Source of the DNA: an uncultured Oscillospiraceae bacterium
Lineage (GTDB): Bacteria > Bacillota > Clostridia > Oscillospirales > Ruminococcaceae
Direction of reading: 5' to 3'
Length of the DNA: 64,000 nt
NCBI GenBank assembly: GCA_905197685.1
Contig: CAJJZS010000001.1
Location: forward strand, 210,973 to 274,972
Below the pieces are notes generated by a model. It was not told the DNA's origin and ran no database searches. It saw only the letters and a program-made list of their open reading frames with translations. This document shows, piece by piece, positions 48,113 to 57,807 of this stretch (positions within the stretch are counted from its first letter, which is position 1; each line of letters starts with the position of its first letter). The translations under genes and the position numbers were made by a program.

Positions 48113-49000
48113 TTACAACAAATGATACTGCGCCAAAACGGCAGCCAGTTTTTCTTTTGCGCAAGGTTCCATTCCGATTAAGGGAAGGCGACATTCTCCG
48201 CACTCCAACCCCATCAGGTTTAACGCTTCCTTTACGGGAATCGGGTTTACATCGGAGAACAGCGCGTGAATCAGAGGGAGCAGCTCCAACTGAAGCTCGC
48301 GGCTTTGCTGTACCTTTCCGTCAAAAAAGAGCTGACAAATTTGGTGAGTTTGACGAGGCAAAACATTTGCCAGCACCGAGATTACGCCCTTTGCCCCCAG
48401 AGAAAGCAGGGGAACAATCTGGTCATCGTTGCCGGAATATAAATCCAGTTCGTCCCCGCACAGCTGCGCAATCTGCGCCACCTGAGAGATGTTGCCGCTT
48501 GCTTCTTTCAAAGCGATGATGTTCGGGTGTTTGGAAAGCTCCCGACAGGTTTGGGGAGTCAGATTTACCCCGGTGCGGGAAGGAACATTGTACAGCACAA
48601 TCGGCAGGTCGGTGGCGTCTGCAATCGCGTTAAAGTGGCGAATCATACCCAACTGAGAAGTTTTGTTGTAGTACGGGGTAACGTGCAGCAAAGCGTCTGC
48701 GCCCACCCGTTTGGCTTCTTTGGACATCCAGACAGCGTAGGAGGTGTGGTTGCTTCCGGCTCCCGCGATTACAGGGACGCGCCCGCCTACCCGTTTTACC
48801 GCATATTCGATGCAGTCCACGTGTTCCTGGTCGGTCATGGTAGCGGATTCTCCGGTGGTTCCGCAGATTACAATCGCGTCGGTTCCGTTTTGAATCTGGC
48901 TGTCAATCAGCTCGCCCAGTTTTTCATAATGAATGGATTCGTCCGGATTCATCGGTGTAACGATTGCAACGGCAGAGCCGGTAAAAATTGTTTTTTTCAT
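48113..49000 (-). CDS. dapA: 4-hydroxy-tetrahydrodipicolinate synthase
   Basis: The N-terminus reads GSAVAIVTPM. The motifs CGTTGE and the Schiff-base Lys region IIALKEASGN are present. Confidence 0.9.
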   Translation of the reverse strand: MKKTIFTGSAVAIVTPMNPDESIHYEKLGELIDSQIQNGTDAIVICGTTGESATMTDQEHVDCIEYAVKRVGGRVPVIAGAGSNHTSYAVWMSKEAKRVGADALLHVTPYYNKTSQLGMIRHFNAIADATDLPIVLYNVPSRTGVNLTPQTCRELSKHPNIIALKEASGNISQVAQIAQLCGDELDLYSGNDDQIVPLLSLGAKGVISVLANVLPRQTHQICQLFFDGKVQQSRELQLELLPLIHALFSDVNPIPVKEALNLMGLECGECRLPLIGMEPCAKEKLAAVLAQYHLL

Positions 49001-49015
49001 ATTGTTGCCCCTTTT

Positions 49016-50095
49016 TTAGTCAAGATACCCTTTGCTTGCAAGTGTTTCTGCCATCAGAATTGCGCCTCCGGCAGCGCCGCGAACCGTGTTGTGGGACAGG
49101 CAGATAAATTTGTAATCATACTGGCTGTCCTCGCGCAGGCGTCCCAGGCTGATGCCCATTCCGTTGTAAAGGTCGCGGTCCAGTTTGGTCTGCGGACGGT
49201 TTTCTTCCTCAAAATAGGTGAGGAATTGCTGCGGCGCGGACGGGAGATGATTTTGCTGCGGATAGCCGGAAAACTCTGCCCACGCAGCTTTGATTTCCTC
49301 AAGGGTTGGTTTTTTCTCAAAGGATACAAACACAGCGGCAAGATGACCGTCCAAAACCGGAACGCGGATGCATTGGGTGGTGATGGAAGGGGAAGATGCC
49401 GGCTGAATTTTTCCGTCGGCTACCGTTCCCCAGATTTTCAGCGGTTCTTTTTCGCTTTTTTCTTCTTCTCCGCCGATATAAGGAATGACATTGTCTACCA
49501 TTTCGGGCCAGGTTTCAAAGTTTTTGCCTGCTCCGGAGATTGCCTGATAGGTGCAGGCAAGCACTTTGGTGATGCCGTATTTGCGCAGAGGGTGCAGCGC
49601 AGGAACATAGCTTTGCAGCGAGCAGTTGGATTTTACTGCGATAAAGCCGCGTTTGGTTCCCAAACGCTGTTTCTGGGCGAGGATAACCTGCGCGTGGTCA
49701 TCGTTTACCTCGGGGATAATCATCGGGACATCGGGGGTAAAGCGGTGCGCGGAGTTGTTGGACATAACCGGACATTCATATTTTGCATAGGTTTCTTCCA
49801 GTTGACGGATTTCTTCTTTGCCCATATCGACTGCGCAGAAAGCAAAATCTACGCTTTGGGCAATCTCTTTGGCGTCGGCAACGGCGTCCTTTACCACCAT
49901 GTTTTTTACCCTTTGAGGGATTTCGGTGTTCATCATCCAGCGGTTTCCCACTGCCTGTTCATATGTTTTTCCCGCAGAGTGAGAGGAAGCGGCAAGAACG
50001 GTTACGGTAAACCACGGGTGATTCTCCAAAAGGGAGATAAAACGCTGACCGACCATTCCGGTGGCGCCGATAACGGCAACATGATACTGTTTCAT
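49016..50095 (-). CDS. asd: Aspartate-semialdehyde dehydrogenase
   Basis: The N-terminus reads VAVIGATGMVGQ. The active-site Cys lies in SNCSLQ. Confidence 0.9.
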   Translation of the reverse strand: MKQYHVAVIGATGMVGQRFISLLENHPWFTVTVLAASSHSAGKTYEQAVGNRWMMNTEIPQRVKNMVVKDAVADAKEIAQSVDFAFCAVDMGKEEIRQLEETYAKYECPVMSNNSAHRFTPDVPMIIPEVNDDHAQVILAQKQRLGTKRGFIAVKSNCSLQSYVPALHPLRKYGITKVLACTYQAISGAGKNFETWPEMVDNVIPYIGGEEEKSEKEPLKIWGTVADGKIQPASSPSITTQCIRVPVLDGHLAAVFVSFEKKPTLEEIKAAWAEFSGYPQQNHLPSAPQQFLTYFEEENRPQTKLDRDLYNGMGISLGRLREDSQYDYKFICLSHNTVRGAAGGAILMAETLASKGYLD

Positions 50096-50214
50096 TTGTG
50101 ATACATCCTTTCAGAAATATGAGGATAAAACACTGTATGCATCTTTTTTTGGTAAAATGCAGAATATGAAAAAAGCCGGTTTTAAAAAAACCGGCGAAAA
50201 GGTGGATAGGGGCA

Positions 50215-50450
50215 ACCTTTCTTAAAGACAGCCGTCCGCAAAAAGAAAGGACAGCAAAAAAGAAAGGTCGGATAGCGCTTCACCGGTTCCGCAGCGGAAA
50301 GCACGGTGACAGTTGCGCCCTTGTTCAGGACACACCCAGGGCAGTATTCGCCGAAATACCCCCTTCGGCACCGTTCCCTTTGGCAGAGGATTCAAACAGC
50401 TTTGGCAGCCTTGTCCTGAGCTACTGATGAAAGGTGCGCCTCTATCGTTT
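50215..50450 (-). promoter_or_regulatory. Lysine riboswitch (L box) in the asd-dapA-dapB leader
   Basis: On the minus strand the leader reads TAGAGGCGC...CTCTGCC...GTGCCGAAGGGGG...CAACTGTCACCGTGC, which matches conserved L-box core elements. It is followed by the hairpin GCTGTCC-loop-GGACGGC. Confidence 0.65.
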
Positions 50451-50476
50451 CATATATTATGATTAGTGTTTGCCTA

Positions 50477-50506
50477 TATCTTAGCATTATGACGGGGTCA
50501 TGTCAA
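50477..50506 (-). promoter_or_regulatory. Promoter driving the L-box leader
   Basis: On the minus strand the sequence is TTGACA, an 18-nt spacer, then TAAGAT. Confidence 0.45.
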
Positions 50507-50566
50507 GGCAAAACTGCAAAAAATTATAACAAATCTTTAAAAGACATAGAATAACAATTTTTTAAA

Positions 50567-51322
50567 TTATTGTTCTTCAAACAAAGAAAGCATCTTGTCC
50601 ATAAGTTCTCCGTAGTGTGGATCGCTTCTTTGACGTTCTCTGGGAAGATTAATCCTGAAATCAGCTTTAATTTTTCCGGGATTTTTGGATAGAAAAATGA
50701 CGCGGTCAGCCAGATATATAGCCTCGTCAACGCTGTGTGTTACAAATAGAATAGTTTTTTTATCTTGTTCCCAGATTTTTAGTAGCTCTTTTTGCAAAAT
50801 AATTCGAGTATAGGCATCTAAAGCCCCGAAAGGTTCATCCATCAACAGGACATCAGGATTGTTTGCAAGGGCACGGGCAATAGCAACACGTTGCTGCATA
50901 CCGCCAGAAAGCTCATAGGGAAATGATTTTTTAAATTTTGTCATATGAATCATATCTAGATATTTTTCAGCGATTTGCAGTCTTTGTTCAGAATTTATTT
51001 TAGAAAATTTTAAACCAAGTTGAATGTTATCAATCACATTAAGCCAGGGCATCAGAGAATAGTTTTGAAATACCATACCTATCTGACGTTGAGCGTGTGT
51101 GATTTTTTCTCCGTGATATAAAGCAGAGCCGGCAGAAGCTTGTTCCAGACCAGCGATAATACGTAGTAAGGTGGATTTTCCACACCCGGATGGACCGAGT
51201 ATACAAACAAACTCCGATTTGTTGACAGTCAGGTTGATATTATCTAAAGCGGTAAAAGTTTCATTCTTATCGGTTATAAATTCTTTATAAATATTTTGAA
51301 TTTGGATACATGAATCGTTCAT
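50567..51322 (-). CDS. NitT/TauT-family ABC ATP-binding protein (SsuB/TauB-like)
   Basis: Walker A reads GPSGCGKST. The signature reads LSGGMQQRVA. Walker B reads LLMDEPFGALD. The block is AT-rich. Confidence 0.85.
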   Translation of the reverse strand: MNDSCIQIQNIYKEFITDKNETFTALDNINLTVNKSEFVCILGPSGCGKSTLLRIIAGLEQASAGSALYHGEKITHAQRQIGMVFQNYSLMPWLNVIDNIQLGLKFSKINSEQRLQIAEKYLDMIHMTKFKKSFPYELSGGMQQRVAIARALANNPDVLLMDEPFGALDAYTRIILQKELLKIWEQDKKTILFVTHSVDEAIYLADRVIFLSKNPGKIKADFRINLPRERQRSDPHYGELMDKMLSLFEEQ

Positions 51323-51335
51323 AATAATGCATCTC

Positions 51336-52172
51336 CTATTTCATTTTATTTTCCCAAGAGAAGAACTTATTAGCAATTAATCGGAAGATTCCATCAAGTA
51401 ATGCACCAACAATACCAATACAGATCATACCGGTGATAACAAGATCGATACGTGCAAGTTCATACGCATGAGTGATTAGGTATCCAATACCGCATAAGCT
51501 TCCTGGAAGCATTTCTGCACCAACCAGACATCCCCATGCAGTAGCAAGCCCCATTCTTAAACCATTGATGATGGTAGGGGCAGAAGCAGGAAGAAGAATT
51601 TGAAAAAATATGTCCCGATTGGATGCACCGAGAACTTTAGCCGATTCAATCAGTGTTTTCCGAACATTTTTTACACCAAACATAACATTTCCAACAACAG
51701 GGAAAAAACTTCCTAATGCGATCAGAAAGATCATGGAAAGTTTAAAGTTATCCAATAAAACAAACTGTTCACCGTATTTTAAACCAATAACGGTAGCAAG
51801 GCTAGAAATACCAAACCAGCCGAGAACCAACGGTTGCCATGCAAGTGGGGGAACTGGTTTAAATAGATTAATGAATGTCTCAAACAAATCGCATATCGGC
51901 GTGAAGTATCCCATCAAAAGACCGAGTGGGATAGCGATTAAAACACCGATTCCATACCCTAGGATAACACGAATCAAACTGTACAAAATATTTCTTGGCA
52001 AAGAACCCAGACCGATAAAATTATCAAAGGCATGGGCGAAATTTGACAGTACACGGGAAATAGGAGGCATGACAGAGGGATTATTAACAAGGGCTGCCGC
52101 TATGCTCCATGAAATCAAAAGAAGAATAGGAAGTAAAAAAGGAAGATAGCAGCGTTTTTTTTGTTTTTTCAA
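51336..52172 (-). CDS. NitT/TauT-family ABC permease (SsuC-like)
   Basis: A BPD-transporter EAA-like loop is present. The probable TTG start at 52172 has AAAGAGGTG 6 nt upstream. The longer ATG-less extension up to 52238 overlaps a hairpin. Confidence 0.75.
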   Translation of the reverse strand: MKKQKKRCYLPFLLPILLLISWSIAAALVNNPSVMPPISRVLSNFAHAFDNFIGLGSLPRNILYSLIRVILGYGIGVLIAIPLGLLMGYFTPICDLFETFINLFKPVPPLAWQPLVLGWFGISSLATVIGLKYGEQFVLLDNFKLSMIFLIALGSFFPVVGNVMFGVKNVRKTLIESAKVLGASNRDIFFQILLPASAPTIINGLRMGLATAWGCLVGAEMLPGSLCGIGYLITHAYELARIDLVITGMICIGIVGALLDGIFRLIANKFFSWENKMK

Positions 52173-52252
52173 AAGTAACACCTCTTTCGGAAAGATTGAC
52201 GAAAAGTAGAACACCCTGCTGTTATTAAAACAAAACAACAGGGTGAAAGAAG

Positions 52253-53437
52253 TTATTTGCTGTGAAGTTGTTTAGCGTAGGTGAAATTAAAAAATTCCTT
52301 TTGTGCTTCATCAAAAGAATTTTCCAACAAACGACCGCTGAACTTGTTCATTTGTTTCATTGCATCATAGTAAATAGCGATACCGTTAGTAAACTTTTCG
52401 TCAGGATTGGTCGAATAGACAATGAGAGATTTTGGCAGAATATCTTTTTCAACACCGACCAGTTCACTGAGCAGTTCTCCTGTTTTTTCCTGATTGTTGT
52501 TTGCGTACTCTGCAACTTCGGTAGACAATTTAACAAGAGCCTGCATTGCTTCTGGGTGGTTGTCAATAATCTCTTTTCTTGCAGCCAGAGCACAACATGG
52601 GAAATTTTCCCATTTTCCTCCAGGAATTTGGTTGAGGGTAGAAATAATTTTACCAACACCAGTACTTTCAGCGTTCTGTGGATGAGGAGCTGGACCGGCC
52701 CAAACTTCTACCTGCTTACTGGAAAGGGAAGAAACCAGATTTTGTACACCTTTCAAATCAACCATTAAAATATCGGCATCAAAATTAGATGGATCTTCTG
52801 TAACATTCAGTCCGGCATCTTTTAAAGCAGATTCCAAAACAATACGCGGGCTGCTGATTGCAGAGTGATATCCGGCTTTTACAGGTTGTTCAGATTCTTT
52901 AGCATAAGCAACAAGTTCTTCAAAAGTATTGAAAGGAGCATCTTTCACAGCAGCGATAGCAACACCGTCACATTGAATTGGACAAAGAATTTGAACTTCT
53001 GTACCAACATCATAAGCAGTCATCATTGCAGTACTTGAGGTAAAGGCAACATCGAGATGTTTTTGACTCATTAAGGTAGCACATTCAGATCCACCTTTGG
53101 TGATAACGCGTTTTAATACGGCAACAGCTTTATCATCAGAAATTAGTTTACCTTGACCGTCACCCATCGGCTCAATGCGAACTTCACCTTTTTCAAACAA
53201 CTCAGGAGCAATAAACGGTAGATTTAGGATACCGGTATGCATTTCGTTTCCCCAAGAAACGGACAAGACGGGGAGGTCTTCTTTCTCAGATTCGGATTTT
53301 TCCTTTTCTTTTGAAGCCTCATTGCTTTGGGAAACAGAAGATTCAGACGGATGTTGTTCCTCAACTTTTTGAGAAGAGCAACCAAACATTGAAAGCATAA
53401 TTGCTCCAGTCAAAAAAACAGACAGAATTTTTTTCAT
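52253..53437 (-). CDS. NMT1/THI5-like substrate-binding lipoprotein of the ABC transporter
   Basis: A signal peptide with lipobox (MFGCSS) is present. An S/E-rich linker precedes the SsuA/NMT1 fold. The start at 53437 has the RBS AAGGA. Confidence 0.8.
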   Translation of the reverse strand: MKKILSVFLTGAIMLSMFGCSSQKVEEQHPSESSVSQSNEASKEKEKSESEKEDLPVLSVSWGNEMHTGILNLPFIAPELFEKGEVRIEPMGDGQGKLISDDKAVAVLKRVITKGGSECATLMSQKHLDVAFTSSTAMMTAYDVGTEVQILCPIQCDGVAIAAVKDAPFNTFEELVAYAKESEQPVKAGYHSAISSPRIVLESALKDAGLNVTEDPSNFDADILMVDLKGVQNLVSSLSSKQVEVWAGPAPHPQNAESTGVGKIISTLNQIPGGKWENFPCCALAARKEIIDNHPEAMQALVKLSTEVAEYANNNQEKTGELLSELVGVEKDILPKSLIVYSTNPDEKFTNGIAIYYDAMKQMNKFSGRLLENSFDEAQKEFFNFTYAKQLHSK

Positions 53438-53621
53438 AAATATCCTTCTTTCGATAAGTTTTTTGTCATATAGACTGTATATTATTTTATACAACTTAAA
53501 ACAAAAAGTAAAATAGTTAAACTTAATAGAGAGAATGAAAACGATAGAATAAATCTATTTGAAAAAAATATATCATTCCATCAAACGTTTAAATTGATTA
53601 CGAATAAATCAGCAATTTATG

Positions 53622-53650
53622 TTGACAGAAAAGCAAAGAAACCGTACAAT
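53622..53650 (+). promoter_or_regulatory. Sigma-A promoter for queA
   Basis: The sequence is TTGACA, a 17-nt spacer, then TACAAT. Confidence 0.5.
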
Positions 53651-53739
53651 ATAACATAGATTGTTAAAATCAAGGGGAATGAGAACCTGCTCATCTCTCC
53701 GTAATGTATTCTACACCTGTTCAGTGAAGGAGTAATTTC

Positions 53740-54804
53740 ATGAAAAAATCAGATTTTTGGTTTGATCTGCCGCAGGAACAGATTGCGCAGACTCCAATCG
53801 AGCCGAGAGATCATTCCCGGCTGCTGGTGATGGACCGCGAAAGCGGCGTGTGCAGTCACCGGCATTTTTATGACATTTTGGATTATTTAGAGGAAGGGGA
53901 TTTGTTGGTTGTCAACGATTCCCGCGTGATTCCGGCAAGGCTGTACGGTAAAAAAGAGGACACCGGCGCAAACATCGAGGTGCTGCTGCTGGAGCAGAAG
54001 GAAAAAGACGTCTGGGAAACGCTGGTGAAGCCGGGCAAAAAGGCAAAACCGGGCGTAAAGCTGAGCTTTGGGGACGGGCTGCTGCATGGCGAAGTGCTGG
54101 AAACGGTGGAGGGCGGAAACCGCCTGATTCGTTTTTCCTATGAGGGAGAAAGCATCTTCCCGGTGCTGGAGGAAATCGGAAATATGCCGCTTCCTCCCTA
54201 TATCACCGAAAAATTGCAGGACAACGAGCGGTACCAGACCGTTTATTCCCATGAGTTAGGTTCTGCCGCAGCGCCGACTGCCGGACTGCATTTTACCAAC
54301 GAGCTGCTCGAAAAAATCAAAGCAAAGGGCGTGAATGTGGCGACAGTAACCCTTCATGTCGGTCTGGGAACCTTCCGACCGGTCAAGGAAGACGAGATTA
54401 CCGACCATAAAATGCACTCGGAGCATTACTATCTCCCGCAGGAAACGGCAGATTTAATCAATCAAACAAAGGCGGCGGGCAAGCGGGTGATTGCGGTAGG
54501 AACAACAAGCTGCCGTACCTTAGAAACGCTCGGAACAAAGCAGGGACTGCCGCTGCACAGCGAGGAAGGATACACCGATATTTTCATCTATCCGGGGTAT
54601 CGTTTTCAGGTGCTGGACGGTTTGATTACCAACTTCCATCTGCCGGAAAGCACCCTGATTATGTTGGTGAGCGCGTTTGCCGGATATGAGCATACGATGG
54701 CGGCATATGACCTTGCAGTCAAGGAAAAATACCGCTTCTTCTCCTTTGGGGACGCGATGATGATTCTTGGCGGAACAGACAAGGGAACCGCCGAGGGAAA
54801 ATAG
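53740..54804 (+). CDS. queA: S-adenosylmethionine:tRNA ribosyltransferase-isomerase
   Basis: The N-terminus reads [23 protein letters not shown]. The motifs VGTTS..R.LE are present. Confidence 0.9.
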   Translation: MKKSDFWFDLPQEQIAQTPIEPRDHSRLLVMDRESGVCSHRHFYDILDYLEEGDLLVVNDSRVIPARLYGKKEDTGANIEVLLLEQKEKDVWETLVKPGKKAKPGVKLSFGDGLLHGEVLETVEGGNRLIRFSYEGESIFPVLEEIGNMPLPPYITEKLQDNERYQTVYSHELGSAAAPTAGLHFTNELLEKIKAKGVNVATVTLHVGLGTFRPVKEDEITDHKMHSEHYYLPQETADLINQTKAAGKRVIAVGTTSCRTLETLGTKQGLPLHSEEGYTDIFIYPGYRFQVLDGLITNFHLPESTLIMLVSAFAGYEHTMAAYDLAVKEKYRFFSFGDAMMILGGTDKGTAEGK

Positions 54805-54835
54805 AATTTCAGCCCGCCGATGTGGATAAAAAATC

Positions 54836-55357
54836 TTACAGTCTTGGTTGGGCAAAAGCCATTTTGCAAAAAGACCAATCAAGTGTGGATTGCATGACCT
54901 CGTCCGCAAGATTCCATAAATTGTCTACGATTCTGATTTCAATGTTGCGGGACACCAATTCCCGGAACAAATCATTGACAACATATTTGGCTTTTGGTTT
55001 TTGTGCGGTTTTGGCGACATAATATCCGGCAATTTCATCTTGAAGGAAAAAATCCGTCGGGTCAAATTCATATACATACAATGTGGTGGATTGCATGGTC
55101 TGATACCATTTTCTTTCGATGATAACGGCGTGAGTTTGGGTCGGGGAGGAAAAGAACTTTAACCTGTCGGACATACTTGTGTTTTTACCGACATGGTAAG
55201 TGACTCTGGGGCAATTTCTCGGGGTCAGATAGTTCGGCAGACAGGTTTCGTTAATTGCCCATACCAAGCGAACCGACTTGTCCAAATCGGTTCGGGTGGG
55301 AGTTCGCGGTTCAAATATTTTAATATCGCTTTCCTCGCTGATATGAAATAACCTCAT
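54836..55357 (-). CDS. Hypothetical protein (DUF-type) of 173 aa
   Basis: The start MRLFHISEESDIKIFEPR has the RBS AAAGGAG. It is inserted between queA and tgt on the opposite strand. Confidence 0.55.
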   Translation of the reverse strand: MRLFHISEESDIKIFEPRTPTRTDLDKSVRLVWAINETCLPNYLTPRNCPRVTYHVGKNTSMSDRLKFFSSPTQTHAVIIERKWYQTMQSTTLYVYEFDPTDFFLQDEIAGYYVAKTAQKPKAKYVVNDLFRELVSRNIEIRIVDNLWNLADEVMQSTLDWSFCKMAFAQPRL

Positions 55358-55583
55358 AGATAACGCTCCTTTTTTGTAAATGATTCTGTTGTTATTATAA
55401 CATGAACAGCTTTGATTGACAGTGTTTTTCAGTGTCTTTTATTTAAAAATCACAAAAACGAAAACGATTTTTTTCTCCTTTTGCCGATTGCTTTTGGCAG
55501 GAGAAGGAGAGAGAAAATTAAGGGTGTATCGGAAGTTTTTCGATTGGGGGAGAAAAAATAAAATCGGAAAGGCGGAAATAAAG

Positions 55584-56111
55584 ATGAAGATAACCATGTT
55601 GTTTGGCAGTCCGCACAAGCAGGGGACAACCAATGTGCTGGCAGAGGCTTTTATAAAAGGAGCGCAGGAAGCGGGACATGAGGTGACCCGTTTAAACCTT
55701 GCCCAGATGAAGATAGGCGGCTGCATGGCGTGTGATTACTGCTCCAGAACCAAACAAGGCTGTGTTCAAAAGGACGATATGCAGCAGGTGGAACCGGCAG
55801 TGGAGCAGGCGCAGCTGATTGTGCTGGCAACGCCGCTGTACTACTACGGAATGAGCGCGCAGCTGAAGGCGGCAATCGACCGCTTTTATTCCTTTTCCGG
55901 TCCGCTCAGAGAGAAAAAGGTTGTGCTGTTGGCAGCCTGCGCGGACGGAGAGGGCGCGATGGACGCTTTGCTGGCGCACTATGAGATTTTAAGCCGCTTC
56001 CTGCATTGGGAGGACGCGGGCAGAGTACTGGCATACAACTGCTGGGTAAAAGAAGATTTGGAAAAAACAGACTGTCCCGCTCGGGCATATGAGCTGGGAA
56101 AAAGCCTGTAA
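55584..56111 (+). CDS. Flavodoxin-like fold NAD(P)H-dependent FMN reductase / iron-sulfur flavoprotein
   Basis: The N-terminus reads MKITMLFGSPHKQGTT. A CxxC lies in CMACDYC. The motif LATPLYYYGMSAQLK is present. Confidence 0.7.
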   Translation: MKITMLFGSPHKQGTTNVLAEAFIKGAQEAGHEVTRLNLAQMKIGGCMACDYCSRTKQGCVQKDDMQQVEPAVEQAQLIVLATPLYYYGMSAQLKAAIDRFYSFSGPLREKKVVLLAACADGEGAMDALLAHYEILSRFLHWEDAGRVLAYNCWVKEDLEKTDCPARAYELGKSL

Positions 56112-56123
56112 TCGGGGGAACAT

Positions 56124-57254
56124 ATGTATACATTATTAAAACAGGAAGGCAGGGCGCGCCGCGGAACTTTTCAGACGGTTCACGGAACGGTGCAGACCCC
56201 TGCATTTATGAACGTGGGAACCTCTGCCGCAATCAAGGGCGGCATTTCTTCCTATGATTTAAAGGATTTAAAGTGCCAGGTGGAGTTGTGCAACACCTAT
56301 CATCTGCATTTAAGACCGGGCGACGAAAAGATTAAGCAGCTGGGCGGTCTGCATAAATTTATGGGTTGGGACGGTCCGATTTTAACCGACAGCGGCGGCT
56401 TTCAGGTCTTTTCTCTGGCGCAGCTGAGAACCATCAGCGAAATGGGCGTGCAGTTCCAGTCCCACATTGACGGCAGACGCATCTTTATGGGACCGGAAGA
56501 AAGCATGAAAATCCAATCTAATCTGGCTTCTACCATCGCCATGGCGTTTGACGAATGTATCGAAAACCCATCGACCAGAGAATACACCAAGCGTTCGATT
56601 GACCGCACGGTAAGATGGCTCAAACGCTGCCGCGCAGAAATGACCCGCTTAAACTCTTTGCCGGATACCATCAATCCGCACCAAATGTTGTTCGGTATCA
56701 ATCAGGGTTCCACCTTCCCGGATCTGCGCATCGAGCATATGAAGCAGATTGCGGAGATTGACTGCGACGGTTATGCCATCGGCGGTCTGGCAGTGGGAGA
56801 ACCTGCCGAGGTGATGTATGAAATCATCGAGGCGGTGGAGCCGTATATGCCGAAGGACAAGCCAAGATACCTGATGGGTGTGGGTACGCCGGCAAACATT
56901 ATCGAAGCGGTTTACTGCGGGGTGGATTTGTTTGACTGCGTGATGCCAAGCCGAAATGCCCGCCACGGACATCTCTTTACATGGAGCGGCATTATCAATA
57001 TCAACAATGCAAAATATGAACTGGACGATGCGCCGATTGACGCGCAGTGCGATTGTCCGGTTTGTCAGCGCCACAGCCGCGCCTATATCCGTCATCTGCT
57101 CAAAGCAAACGAGATGTTGGGAATGCGTCTGGCAGTTATGCACAATCTGTACTTCTACAACACATTGATGGAAAAAATCCGCGCAGCGTTGGACGAAGGC
57201 AGATATGAGCAGTTCCGGGCAGAAACGCTTCCGCTTGTCAGCAAGAGAATCTGA
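56124..57254 (+). CDS. tgt: Queuine tRNA-ribosyltransferase
   Basis: The N-terminus reads GRARRGTFQTVHGTVQTPAFM. The zinc site reads CDCPVCQRHSRAYIRHL. Confidence 0.9.
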   Translation: MYTLLKQEGRARRGTFQTVHGTVQTPAFMNVGTSAAIKGGISSYDLKDLKCQVELCNTYHLHLRPGDEKIKQLGGLHKFMGWDGPILTDSGGFQVFSLAQLRTISEMGVQFQSHIDGRRIFMGPEESMKIQSNLASTIAMAFDECIENPSTREYTKRSIDRTVRWLKRCRAEMTRLNSLPDTINPHQMLFGINQGSTFPDLRIEHMKQIAEIDCDGYAIGGLAVGEPAEVMYEIIEAVEPYMPKDKPRYLMGVGTPANIIEAVYCGVDLFDCVMPSRNARHGHLFTWSGIININNAKYELDDAPIDAQCDCPVCQRHSRAYIRHLLKANEMLGMRLAVMHNLYFYNTLMEKIRAALDEGRYEQFRAETLPLVSKRI

Positions 57255-57384
57255 TTTTCGCAAATTTTTATAAAAAGTGCTTGCAAAGCCCCTTTTAAAA
57301 AGGTATAATGCTATTTGTATCCAAAATTGCGGACCGATTTTCGGAAAACAATTTTGTTCATTTTAACGGAGGTGCAAAAACCCT

Positions 57385-57726
57385 ATGACAAACTTTTATT
57401 TGACAACAGTATCAGAGCCGGTATCCATGCTGGCAACCTTCATCCCACTGATTCTGATGTTCGTTGTGTTCTACTTCCTGCTGATTCGTCCGCAGAAAAA
57501 GAGAGACAAAGAAGTTCAGAAGATGCGTGAAAACATCGAAGTAGCGGATGAAATTGTTACCATCGGCGGCATCATCGGCAGAATTGTCAGCATTAAGGAC
57601 GACACTGTTGTAATCGAAACCGCAGGCGACAGATGCAAGATTCGTCTGGCTCGCTGGTCGATTCAGCAAAACATTTCTGCAAATGAAAGAGCAGCGCAGG
57701 AACAGGCTGAGAAAAAATCCAAATAA
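57385..57726 (+). CDS. yajC: Preprotein translocase subunit YajC
   Basis: A single TM helix is present. The motifs LIRPQKKR and GGIIGRI are present. The RBS is ACGGAGGTG. Confidence 0.85.
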   Translation: MTNFYLTTVSEPVSMLATFIPLILMFVVFYFLLIRPQKKRDKEVQKMRENIEVADEIVTIGGIIGRIVSIKDDTVVIETAGDRCKIRLARWSIQQNISANERAAQEQAEKKSK

Positions 57727-57807
57727 TCCGTTTTGTAAAAACGAATAAATATTGGATACCCCGCATAAGCTGTTATCACAGACAGCAGAATGCGGGGTGA
57801 TTTTTTT

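Noticed and set aside
48527-50101. 524-aa ORF on the plus strand
   Set aside because: It is antisense to asd and dapA, which have clear enzyme motifs and RBSs. Its low-complexity G/R/F-rich translation is typical of a shadow ORF.
53438-53620. TPP or other riboswitch upstream of the NitT/TauT ABC operon
   Set aside because: No CTGAGA...GGGGTGCC-type TPP core or other known aptamer signature appears on the minus strand. The region is merely AT-rich.
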